From: an uncultured Prevotellaceae bacterium
GTDB lineage: Bacteria > Bacteroidota > Bacteroidia > Bacteroidales > Bacteroidaceae
Assembly (NCBI GenBank): GCA_947166655.1
Contig: CAMVFC010000001.1
Span: forward strand, 10,390 to 74,389
Reading direction: 5' to 3'
Length of the DNA stretch: 64,000 nt
In this document: positions 56,487 to 64,000 of the stretch, piece by piece
Layout: every line of letters starts with the position of its first letter
Position numbering within the stretch: position 1 is the first letter of the stretch
Translations under genes and position numbers: made by a program
Notes under the pieces: generated by a model
Databases searched by the model: none
Told to the model about the DNA's origin: nothing
The model's input: the letters and a program-made list of their open reading frames with translations, nothing else

Positions 56487-58586
56487 ATGAAGAGAAAACA
56501 CCCTTCATCCAAGGCGGTTGTGTTCAACCGCTTCTGCCGTAAAGGCTACGCTGTCTTCGCCAGTCTGCACCGCGAAGTGCGCATCGGCGTGCTCACCGTG
56601 GGCATGTTGGCCAGCGTGATTCTGCCCAAAGTGCAGGCCTCGCAGGCTACGACAGCTCCCACCCTCGAGGACGAGGCCGAAGAGCAAGAACTACAGGAAG
56701 TGGCGGTGGCGGGCACGATGACGCCGCTGAGCCAGCTGCAATCGGCACGCATCGTCGGCGTCATCACACGCCAGCAGATTGAATCCTCTGCGGCGCAGAG
56801 TATCAACGACCTTCTGAAATTAGCCGTCGGCGTGGACGTCCGACAACGTGGCGGCTTTGGTATTCAATCGGACATCTCTATCGACGGCGGCACGTTCGAC
56901 CAGATTACGCTCCTGCTGAACGGCGTCTGCCTCTCCTCCCCCCACACCGGACATCTCGCTGCCGACTTCCCCGTCAGCCTCTCCGACATTGAGCGCATCG
57001 AAGTACTCGAGGGCGCTGCCTCGCGCGTCTATGGAGCATCGGCCTTCGGCGGAGCCATCAACATCGTCACCAAGGAAGGTGAAGCGACGCTCGACAAGGA
57101 GAAGATCCTCTCGGCAGAACTCGGCGGACACGGCGGCAGCTACGCCACTTTCGGCGCCGACGCCCGCGTTGCCCTTCGCCAACGCCAGTCCTCACCGGCG
57201 GCCAAGGGCTGGGCAGGCTCTCTCTCAGCAGCCTATCAGCGCTCCGACGGCGCCACCGCCAACAGCCGTTTCTCCCGCGGCAATGCGTATCTGCGGGGCC
57301 TCTATGATGCCGACGATTTCCGCATCGACTGGCAGGCAGGCTACAGCCAGAAGAGCTACGGCGCCAACACTTTCTACAGCGCCGCTTATCCCAACCAATA
57401 CGAGCGCAACCGTCGCTTCTTCGTCAGTGCCGGCGCAGAGACGAAAGGGCCCGTGCGCGTGCGGCCGGAAGTCTTCTGGAATCGCCTCTACGATAACTTC
57501 GAACTCATCCACGACACGCCGACGGGCGAGAATTTCCACCGCACCGACGTCCACGGCGCACGCATCACAGCCAGCCTGGCATGGGCGGCCGGACGCACAG
57601 CCATCGGTGCCGAAGTGCGCGAGGAAGAGATTCTCAGCACCAGCCTCGGCCTGCCTTATGCCGATGCCACGGCGGCTGTGCCCTTCCCACGCGTGTGGCC
57701 GCATCAGGACGGCGGCCTGCGATACAGCCGCAGCGACAGCCGCACCAACCTCAGCATCAATGCCGAGCACACCCTTCTGCTGCCACACTTCACCGCCAGC
57801 GTGGGGCTGCTGGCCAACAAGAATACACGCTTCGACAGCCACCTGCGTTTCTATCCGGGCATCGACTTAGCCTATACACCCGACGAGCACTGGCGCATCT
57901 TCGCCTCCTACAACAAAGGTTTCCGACTGCCCACCTTCACCGACCTCTACTACAAAAGCCCCACGCACGAAGGCAACCAGGGCATGAAGGCCGAAGAGAG
58001 CCACAGCTTCCAGCTCGGCGCGTCGCTGAAGATGCAGATCTCCCAGGCCCGCGTAGCGCTGCTGGCCAAGGGTTTCTATCACCGCGGCAACGACCTCATC
58101 GACTGGGTCATGTACACCGCCGACGATGTCTTTCACAGCGCCAACTTCGACATGGACAATTTCGGCGCACAGGCTCAGGCCACCGTGCAGATGGCCGGGT
58201 GCGAACTCCAGGCAGGATATACCTTTATCCATCAGGACCGACGCGACGACGCCGTCATCTTCAAGTCCAACTACGCCATGGAGTACCTGCGCCACAAGGT
58301 GGTGGCCACACTCTCCCACCCCATCGTCTCGCGTCTCTCGGCGGCGTGGTCCTTCCGGTGGCAAGACCGCACGGGCAGCTATCTGCTCTATGAGAATGCG
58401 CAGTCCACGGGACGCCTCGTCGACTACTCGCCCTACGCCACGCTCGACCTGAAGCTTCGCTGGACGGCGCCGCACTACGAGCTATGGGCCGAAGCCACCA
58501 ACCTCACCGACCATCGCTACTACGACCTCGGCAACATCCCGCAGCCGGGCATCGTCGTCCTCGGAGGCATCAGGATTCGGCTGTAA
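56487..58586 (+). CDS. TonB-dependent outer-membrane receptor (non-SusC type, about 700 aa)
   Basis: Plug motifs ITRQQIESSAAQSINDLLKLAVGVDV, SIDGGTFDQITLLLNG and IERIEVLEGAASRVYGASAFGGAINIVTK, followed by a 22-strand-like barrel. Substrate unknown. Confidence 0.85.
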   Translation: MKRKHPSSKAVVFNRFCRKGYAVFASLHREVRIGVLTVGMLASVILPKVQASQATTAPTLEDEAEEQELQEVAVAGTMTPLSQLQSARIVGVITRQQIESSAAQSINDLLKLAVGVDVRQRGGFGIQSDISIDGGTFDQITLLLNGVCLSSPHTGHLAADFPVSLSDIERIEVLEGAASRVYGASAFGGAINIVTKEGEATLDKEKILSAELGGHGGSYATFGADARVALRQRQSSPAAKGWAGSLSAAYQRSDGATANSRFSRGNAYLRGLYDADDFRIDWQAGYSQKSYGANTFYSAAYPNQYERNRRFFVSAGAETKGPVRVRPEVFWNRLYDNFELIHDTPTGENFHRTDVHGARITASLAWAAGRTAIGAEVREEEILSTSLGLPYADATAAVPFPRVWPHQDGGLRYSRSDSRTNLSINAEHTLLLPHFTASVGLLANKNTRFDSHLRFYPGIDLAYTPDEHWRIFASYNKGFRLPTFTDLYYKSPTHEGNQGMKAEESHSFQLGASLKMQISQARVALLAKGFYHRGNDLIDWVMYTADDVFHSANFDMDNFGAQAQATVQMAGCELQAGYTFIHQDRRDDAVIFKSNYAMEYLRHKVVATLSHPIVSRLSAAWSFRWQDRTGSYLLYENAQSTGRLVDYSPYATLDLKLRWTAPHYELWAEATNLTDHRYYDLGNIPQPGIVVLGGIRIRL

Positions 58587-58617
58587 GACGGCCCTGCCAT
58601 TGACACCATGCTGTTAA

Positions 58618-58658
58618 GAGCGGTGACACTTCGTCTGAAAGTGTCACCGCTCATTTTC
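58618..58658 (+). terminator. Rho-independent terminator after TonB-dependent receptor
   Basis: GAGCGGTGACACTT (58618-58631) pairs with AAGTGTCACCGCTC (58639-58652) and is followed by ATTTTCC. Confidence 0.85.
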
Positions 58659-58804
58659 CTAAAGACTTTTGCCGAAGTTTGCCTTGACTTTTGTGAATTT
58701 CTGCCTTGATTTTTGTGCAAAACTCAAGGCACTTTTACCAAAAACTCTTGGCAGTTTTTCGCAAAACTCAAGACACTTTTTCCGGAGGCCCTCGGCAGTC
58801 CCTG
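58653..58804. repeat. Copy 4 of dispersed tandem-repeat element
   Basis: Units in both orientations: TGCCTTGACTTTTGTGAATTTC and TGCCTTGATTTTTGTGC, then AAAACTCAAGGCACTTTTACC, AAAAACTCTTGGCAGTTTTTCGC and AAAACTCAAGACACTTTTTCC. Tail is GGAGGCCCTCGGCAGTCCCTG. Confidence 0.9.
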
Positions 58805-58872
58805 CCCAAACGGCTGCCAGTGGCGGCCAAAGCCCTGAGGAGTGGCAGCTGAAGCCTGAGCCGTCCGACCCT

Positions 58873-58924
58873 AAAAAGAAGAACCTGCCTGCCGCCTTTT
58901 TACGGTGACAGACAGGTTTCTTTA
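58873..58924. terminator. Possible bidirectional hairpin downstream of gdhA
   Basis: AAAAAGAAGAACCTGCCTG ... CAGACAGGTTTCTTT is an imperfect stem flanked by an A-run and a T-run. Confidence 0.35.
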
Positions 58925-59065
58925 TGGGCGAAGGCATCCTTCTGCGCTGAGCCTTTGTCGCATTCTCCGACCGATTTTCGCGTTTACCGCCAACGGTAAT
59001 CGCGTTTAACGTCAGCGATTATTTCTTCTTCCGTCAACGGCCCTGCGGGAATGCCATCGGCGACC

Positions 59066-60403
59066 TCAGACGATGCCCTGGGCCATCATGGCTTTCGCCA
59101 CCTTCATGAAGCCGGCGATGTTAGCGCCTTTCACGTAGTTGACATAGCCGTCGGGCTCGGTTCCGTACTTCACGCACTGCGCGTGGATAGCGTGCATGAT
59201 GCCGTGCAGCCGCTGGTCCACCTCCTCGGCGCTCCAGCTGATGTGCATGGCGTTCTGGCTCATCTCCAGTCCGCTGGTAGCCACGCCGCCGGCATTCACG
59301 GCCTTGCCCGGCGCAAAGATCATCTTAGCTTCGATGAAGGCATCGATGGCCTCGGGCGTACAGCCCATGTTGGAGATCTCGCCGACACACTGAACTCCGT
59401 TCGCGATAAGCTGCTTGGCATCGTCGCCGTTGAGCTCGTTCTGCGTGGCACACGGCAGAGCGATGTCGCACTTCACTTCCCAAGGCTTCTTACCGGGGAA
59501 GAACTGCGCGCCGGGGAACTCCTCTGCATAGGGTGCACACACATCGTTGCCGCTGGCACGAAGCTCGAGCATGTAATCAATCTTCTCGCCACTGATGCCC
59601 GCAGGGTCATAGATATAGCCGTCGGGGCCACTGATGGTGACGACTTTGGCTCCCAGCTGCGTGGCTTTCGTAGCAGCGCCCCAGGCCACATTGCCGAAGC
59701 CGCTGATGGCCACCGTCTTGCCCTTGATGTCCTTGCCGTGGGTGGAGAGCATCTCGTTGACGAAGTAGAGACCGCCGAAGCCCGTCGCTTCGGGACGCAC
59801 CAGCGAGCCGCCGTACTCCAGACCCTTGCCCGTGAGCACGCCGCTCCAGTCGCGCGTCAGCTTCTTGTACTGGCCGAAGAGGTAGCCGATCTCGCGGGCA
59901 CCGACGCCGATGTCGCCGGCGGGCACGTCCACCTCAGGACCGATGTAGCGGAACAGTTCGCTCATGAAGGCCTGGCAGAAGCGCATGATTTCGGCATCGC
60001 TCTTGCCGCGCGGGCTGAAATCCGAACCGCCCTTGCCGCCACCCATGGGAAGCGTGGTCAAGGCATTCTTGAAAGTCTGCTCGAAGCCGAGGAACTTCAG
60101 GATGGACAGGTTCACACTGGCGTGGAAACGCAAGCCGCCCTTGTACGGGCCGATAGCTGAATTGAACTGCACACGGTAGCCCAGATTCACCTGCACCTCG
60201 CCCTTGTCGTCCACCCAGGGCACGCGGAACGTGATGATACGCTCGGGCTCCACCAGCCGCTCTATCAACTTGGCACGCTCGAACTCGGGGTGCTGGTTGT
60301 AGACCTCTTCAATGCTCATGAGCACCTCGCGAACAGCTTGCAGATACTCTTTCTCTCCTGGATGCTTGGCTTCCAGGTTAGCCATAATCGTTTCAATCTT
60401 CAT
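59066..60403 (-). CDS. gdhA: NAD(P)-specific glutamate dehydrogenase
   Basis: Motifs GPYKGGLRFH, LPMGGGKGGSDF and GFGNVAWGAA. The 445-aa length is typical of hexameric GDH. Confidence 0.96.
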   Translation of the reverse strand: MKIETIMANLEAKHPGEKEYLQAVREVLMSIEEVYNQHPEFERAKLIERLVEPERIITFRVPWVDDKGEVQVNLGYRVQFNSAIGPYKGGLRFHASVNLSILKFLGFEQTFKNALTTLPMGGGKGGSDFSPRGKSDAEIMRFCQAFMSELFRYIGPEVDVPAGDIGVGAREIGYLFGQYKKLTRDWSGVLTGKGLEYGGSLVRPEATGFGGLYFVNEMLSTHGKDIKGKTVAISGFGNVAWGAATKATQLGAKVVTISGPDGYIYDPAGISGEKIDYMLELRASGNDVCAPYAEEFPGAQFFPGKKPWEVKCDIALPCATQNELNGDDAKQLIANGVQCVGEISNMGCTPEAIDAFIEAKMIFAPGKAVNAGGVATSGLEMSQNAMHISWSAEEVDQRLHGIMHAIHAQCVKYGTEPDGYVNYVKGANIAGFMKVAKAMMAQGIV

Positions 60404-60466
60404 GGTGAGTTTATTAGTTTATAAATGGATGAAGTTGGTAAGTTGCTTCGTTGTCTGTTGACACTG

Positions 60467-60474
60467 CAAAATTA
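60467..60474 (-). promoter_or_regulatory. Candidate -7 box TAATTTTG (minus strand) for gdhA
   Basis: The plus strand reads CAAAATTA, about 64 nt upstream of ATG 60403. Confidence 0.4.
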
Positions 60475-60537
60475 CGCTTTTTCCCGTTCCCCGCCAAACT
60501 TTTGCGCCTTTTCTTGGCGGGTTTCGGCGAAAAGCCC

Positions 60538-60545
60538 TATCTTTG
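60538..60545 (+). promoter_or_regulatory. Candidate -7 box TATCTTTG for the DPP IV gene
   Basis: Matches TAnnTTTG, 36 nt upstream of ATG 60581. Confidence 0.45.
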
Positions 60546-60580
60546 TGCCACAAAAGAAGTAACAATATAAAACTATCAGC

Positions 60581-62782
60581 ATGATGAAAAGACTCCTTAT
60601 CCTGATGGTGGCCGCGGTATGCGCGGTCACGACGGTCTGCGCACAACAACAATTGTCGCTGGACGATATCTTTCGAGGAACCTATGCCGCACGAGGCGTG
60701 CGCGGCGTACGCCCGCTGCTGGACGGCGAGCGCTATGCGCAGATGGACGGCAAGCAGATCACGGCCTACTCCTTCCGCACGGGCGAGCAGACCGATGTGC
60801 TCTTCGACGTCGAACAGACAAAAGGCGACTGCCACATCGAGAACTTCTCGGACTACATCATGAGCCCCGACGAGAAGAACATCCTCATCCAGACCAACCG
60901 ACAGCCCATCTATCGGCACTCGGCCACGGCCACCTATTATATATATAATGTGCGCAACCGCACGCTCGAACCGCTCAGCGACGGCGGACCGCAGGAGGTG
61001 CCGGCCTTCTCCAAGGACGGAACGATGATCGCCTTCGTGCGCTCGGGCAACCTCTACCTGGTGAAACTGCTGTTCGGCAATGCCGAAGTGCAGGTGACGA
61101 AGGACGGCGAGTTCAACAAGATTATCAACGGCAAGCCCGACTGGGTGAACGAGGAGGAGTTCTCCTTCGACCGTGCCTTCGACTTCAATGCCGACGGAAC
61201 CATGCTCGCATGGATACGCTATGACGAGTCGGCCGTGCGCGAATTCTCGTTCCCCCTCTACAAGGGGGGACTGCCCGCACGCGAGGAGTTCGCCGACTAT
61301 CCCGGACAGTACACTTACAAATACCCGATCGCCGGAGAACGCAACTCCAGCGTAAGCGTGCATTCCTACGACATCAAGAGCCATCGCATACAGAAAATGA
61401 GACTTCCCCTGGACGAGGAGGGCTACGTGCCGCGCATACAGTTCACCAACGACCCCAACCGCCTGCTCATTCTCACACAGAACAGACACCAGGACCGCCT
61501 CGACATCTACGCCGCCGACCCGCGCTCCACGGAGTGCAAGCTCATCGTACGCGACCAGGTGCAGCCGTACATCACCGAGGAACCCTATAAGAACCTGCAA
61601 CTCTTCGACGGGGGATTTGTGCTGATGAGCGAGCGCTCGGGCTTCAACCACCTCTATCTCTACGACCTCAACGGCACGATGAAGCGGCAGCTCACGCAGG
61701 GCGACTTCGTCGTCACCAGCTTCTATGGCTACGACCCCAAGACGGGCGACACCTACTACGCCGCCAACGAACAGGGGCCGCAGTACCGCGCCGTCTACCG
61801 CGCCGACGCCAAAGGCCGCGTGACTTGTCTCACGGAACAGAAAGGCACCCACAGCGCCATCTTCTCCAAGACGTTCAGATACTTCATGGACACCTACAGC
61901 AGCACCACCACGCCCACCACGGTGACGCTGTGCGACGCCAAGGGAAAGGTGCTACGCACGATGGAGGACAACGCAAGCCTGAAAGACAATGTCGAGCGCA
62001 TGAAGCTGCCGACGCCGCAGTTCTTCTCGTTCCGCACGGGCGAGGGCGTAGAGCTTAATGGATACATGGTGCGCCCCACGGACTTCTCCGAGAACAGGAA
62101 GTACCCCGTCATCCTGTTCCAATACAGCGGCCCCGGCTCGCAGCAAGTGCTCGATCAGTGGAACATCGGCAACATGGGCGGCGCCATGCTGGAACGCTAT
62201 CTGGCTTCGCAGGGCTTCATCTGCGTCTGCGTGGACGGACGCGGCACGGGCGGTCGCGGAGCTAAATTCGAGAAGCAGACTTACCTGCACCTGGGACAGC
62301 TCGAAGCCAAGGACCAGGTGGAGACGGCTCTTTACATGGGCTCGCTGCCTTACGTCGACAAGGAGCGCATCGGCATCTGGGGATGGAGCTACGGAGGTTT
62401 CTGCACGCTGATGTCCATGATGGAAGGGCGAGGCGTCTTTGCCGCAGGCGTGGCCGTAGCGCCGGTGACTAACTACCGGTTCTACGACTCCGTGTACACC
62501 GAGCGCTACATGCGCACGCCGAAGGAGAATCCCAAGGGCTACGACGACAATCCCATGACGCGTGCCAGCCAGCTGCACGGGGCTTTGCTGCTGTGTCACG
62601 GAACGGCCGACGACAACGTCCACTACCGGAACACGGCCGAACTCACAGAGGCCCTCGTGCAGGCCGACAAACCTTTCATGCAGCTCGTCTACACAAACCG
62701 CAACCACAGCATCTACGGCGGACGCACACGCCTGCATCTCTACAAGAGCATCACGCAGTGGTTCAAGGACCACCTGCAATGA
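60581..62782 (+). CDS. dpp4: Dipeptidyl-peptidase IV (S9B family)
   Basis: Signal peptide MMKRLLILMVAAVCAVTTVCA. Motifs KPDWVNEEEFSF, GIWGWSYGG (nucleophile), HGTADDNVH and NRNHSIYG. Confidence 0.92.
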   Translation: MMKRLLILMVAAVCAVTTVCAQQQLSLDDIFRGTYAARGVRGVRPLLDGERYAQMDGKQITAYSFRTGEQTDVLFDVEQTKGDCHIENFSDYIMSPDEKNILIQTNRQPIYRHSATATYYIYNVRNRTLEPLSDGGPQEVPAFSKDGTMIAFVRSGNLYLVKLLFGNAEVQVTKDGEFNKIINGKPDWVNEEEFSFDRAFDFNADGTMLAWIRYDESAVREFSFPLYKGGLPAREEFADYPGQYTYKYPIAGERNSSVSVHSYDIKSHRIQKMRLPLDEEGYVPRIQFTNDPNRLLILTQNRHQDRLDIYAADPRSTECKLIVRDQVQPYITEEPYKNLQLFDGGFVLMSERSGFNHLYLYDLNGTMKRQLTQGDFVVTSFYGYDPKTGDTYYAANEQGPQYRAVYRADAKGRVTCLTEQKGTHSAIFSKTFRYFMDTYSSTTTPTTVTLCDAKGKVLRTMEDNASLKDNVERMKLPTPQFFSFRTGEGVELNGYMVRPTDFSENRKYPVILFQYSGPGSQQVLDQWNIGNMGGAMLERYLASQGFICVCVDGRGTGGRGAKFEKQTYLHLGQLEAKDQVETALYMGSLPYVDKERIGIWGWSYGGFCTLMSMMEGRGVFAAGVAVAPVTNYRFYDSVYTERYMRTPKENPKGYDDNPMTRASQLHGALLLCHGTADDNVHYRNTAELTEALVQADKPFMQLVYTNRNHSIYGGRTRLHLYKSITQWFKDHLQ

Positions 62783-62785
62783 TAC

Positions 62786-62828
62786 GAAAAAAGAGCCCTC
62801 CGCAAACGCTGCGGAGGGCTCTTTCTTT
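62786..62828. terminator. Bidirectional rho-independent terminator between convergent genes
   Basis: AAGAGCCCTCCGCA (62791-62804) pairs with TGCGGAGGGCTCTT (62810-62823). It is flanked by an A-run upstream and TTCTTT downstream. Confidence 0.85.
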
Positions 62829-62832
62829 GTGC

Positions 62833-64000
62833 TTAGTGAAGGACTTTCTTCACACTCCCGTCGGCCATGCGCACCAGGTTGATGCCGCGGACGGGGCGGC
62901 TGAGACGTTTGCCGTCCACGCCATAGCGTGCCACCTCACGCTCGCCGCCCGTGCGCATATCGTGCACGGCAGCCTCTTCGGCCGTGAGGACAGTCTTCTG
63001 GTCGGCATTGACGAAGCGCTTGGCGGTCTTGTCATACAGCAAAGCCACGACACGCAGCTCCGTTGCCTTTTTGGCCAGCGCGTTGCTCTTGATGTTGAAC
63101 TTGGAGGAATGGCTCACCGACTGTTCTTCCTGCACCAATGTCTTCAGGCTGCCCGCAATACCGCTGACAATACCGTTGGCTGCGACGGCGACGTCGTCGT
63201 AGACGATGCCCTCCACTGACGCAGGCCACTCCGTAGCTTCCTTCAGATAAGGATCGCTGTCATACATTCCGGCAAAATAGGCATAGAAGTTGGTCTGTGC
63301 CCAGTTGGCGCCACTGCCTGTCAGGCCGTCAGCCACCAGGACGTAAGCCATCAGATAAGGAGCTGACGCGCGGTTGAGCAGGAAGGTGACATCCGTCGTG
63401 AAGGAGATGATGCCCGTCGTCTCGTCCAGGATGGGCTGCTGCAGTTCGACGGCAGCCTCAGCCAGATGGTTCTGCTCGTCTTCGATGACGGCACCAAGCC
63501 CCCAGCCATCGCTGTTTTCGCCCATATAGGGGTCCACGGAACGATAGCGGTTGACCTCAGCCGACGGGAAAGAATGACCCGAGATCAGCGAGGAGAATGC
63601 CGACACCTGCATGGGGTCGGTCGAGCTTCCGCTACCGCTGTGGATGGACATCAGCACGGCCTGGTCGCCGTACTCCTGGCGAGCGCGCTTCAAGCCCTGC
63701 AGCCCACGCGGACACCAGCCGCACCATGTGCCGGTGTATTCCTCGACGACGGTGCGACGCGGCACTTTGCGTGTGATGGTGACGAGCGAGCCCGAAGCCG
63801 ATTTGCCCGTGGTAGCTTCATTTTCCACGCCGTTCACTTTCGTCAGCGTGATGACGTGGTTCTGCACACCGGTCTCGGACGGAGCCGGCACGTCGAAGGC
63901 GACTGGCTGGTAAGCACCGAACGTGGTGATTGGCTGCTCGAAGTCGATATGCAGCGTGTCGCTGTTGACACCTCCGGCACGCACCACGTAGTCGAGGCTG
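62833..64000 (-). CDS. Thioredoxin-fold (WCGWC) secreted protein, Omp28-related from memory, with T9SS C-terminal sorting domain; 5' end beyond window
   Basis: The frame stays open to base 64000. Motif EEYTGTWCGWCPRG is present. The C-terminus ...ARYGVDGKRLSRPVRGINLVRMADGSVKKVLH resembles a T9SS CTD. Confidence 0.6.
   Translation of the reverse strand, partial: SLDYVVRAGGVNSDTLHIDFEQPITTFGAYQPVAFDVPAPSETGVQNHVITLTKVNGVENEATTGKSASGSLVTITRKVPRRTVVEEYTGTWCGWCPRGLQGLKRARQEYGDQAVLMSIHSGSGSSTDPMQVSAFSSLISGHSFPSAEVNRYRSVDPYMGENSDGWGLGAVIEDEQNHLAEAAVELQQPILDETTGIISFTTDVTFLLNRASAPYLMAYVLVADGLTGSGANWAQTNFYAYFAGMYDSDPYLKEATEWPASVEGIVYDDVAVAANGIVSGIAGSLKTLVQEEQSVSHSSKFNIKSNALAKKATELRVVALLYDKTAKRFVNADQKTVLTAEEAAVHDMRTGGEREVARYGVDGKRLSRPVRGINLVRMADGSVKKVLH

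Overview
This 64-kb window looks like chromosomal DNA from a fairly GC-rich member of the Bacteroidota, probably Prevotellaceae-like. The evidence is two SusC/SusD pairs, T9SS C-terminal sorting domains, TAnnTTTG -7 promoter boxes, a fused murF-alr gene and GSCFA/DUF4886-type genes. I cannot name the species. I support about 30 protein genes and found no rRNA, tRNA, CRISPR array, transposase, integrase or recognisable defence system. Gene order: miaA (5'-truncated), PBP1A, a PIF1-like helicase, GH43, and a large T9SS-secreted clan GH-A glycosidase. Next comes a 21-kb polysaccharide-utilisation-like locus (FAS1 lipoprotein, SusC, SusD, three FAS1 lipoproteins, SusC, SusD), followed by lacZ (GH2). 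Then a membrane protein plus a CxxCH/beta-propeller protein, an S9 peptidase, a DHH phosphoesterase (NrnA-like), a GH105/88-DUF4861 fusion and an orphan exported protein. A minus-strand block follows: DUF4886, membrane pyrophosphatase, murF-alr, GSCFA. The window ends with dxs, trkA, a TonB-dependent receptor, gdhA (-), DPP IV and a 5'-truncated thioredoxin-fold T9SS protein (-). The most unusual signals are non-coding. (1) A dispersed element built of ~22-bp tandem units occurs four times, each just downstream of a gene and its terminator; copies 2 and 4 are inverted relative to each other with near-identical termini. (2) Three 18-bp palindromes at 22-bp spacing sit upstream of the lacZ promoter. 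(3) A ~40-bp-stem inverted repeat made of GAATGAC heptads appears to act as the pyrophosphatase terminator. On the coding side, the double SusC/SusD locus with four fasciclin-domain surface lipoproteins and no regulator anywhere in the window, and the DUF6057-like/CxxCH-propeller gene pair, are the best candidates for uncharacterised systems. Many very long antisense ORFs in the track are GC-driven shadow ORFs and were rejected. All calls come from reading the sequence and recalling family motifs; no searches were run.
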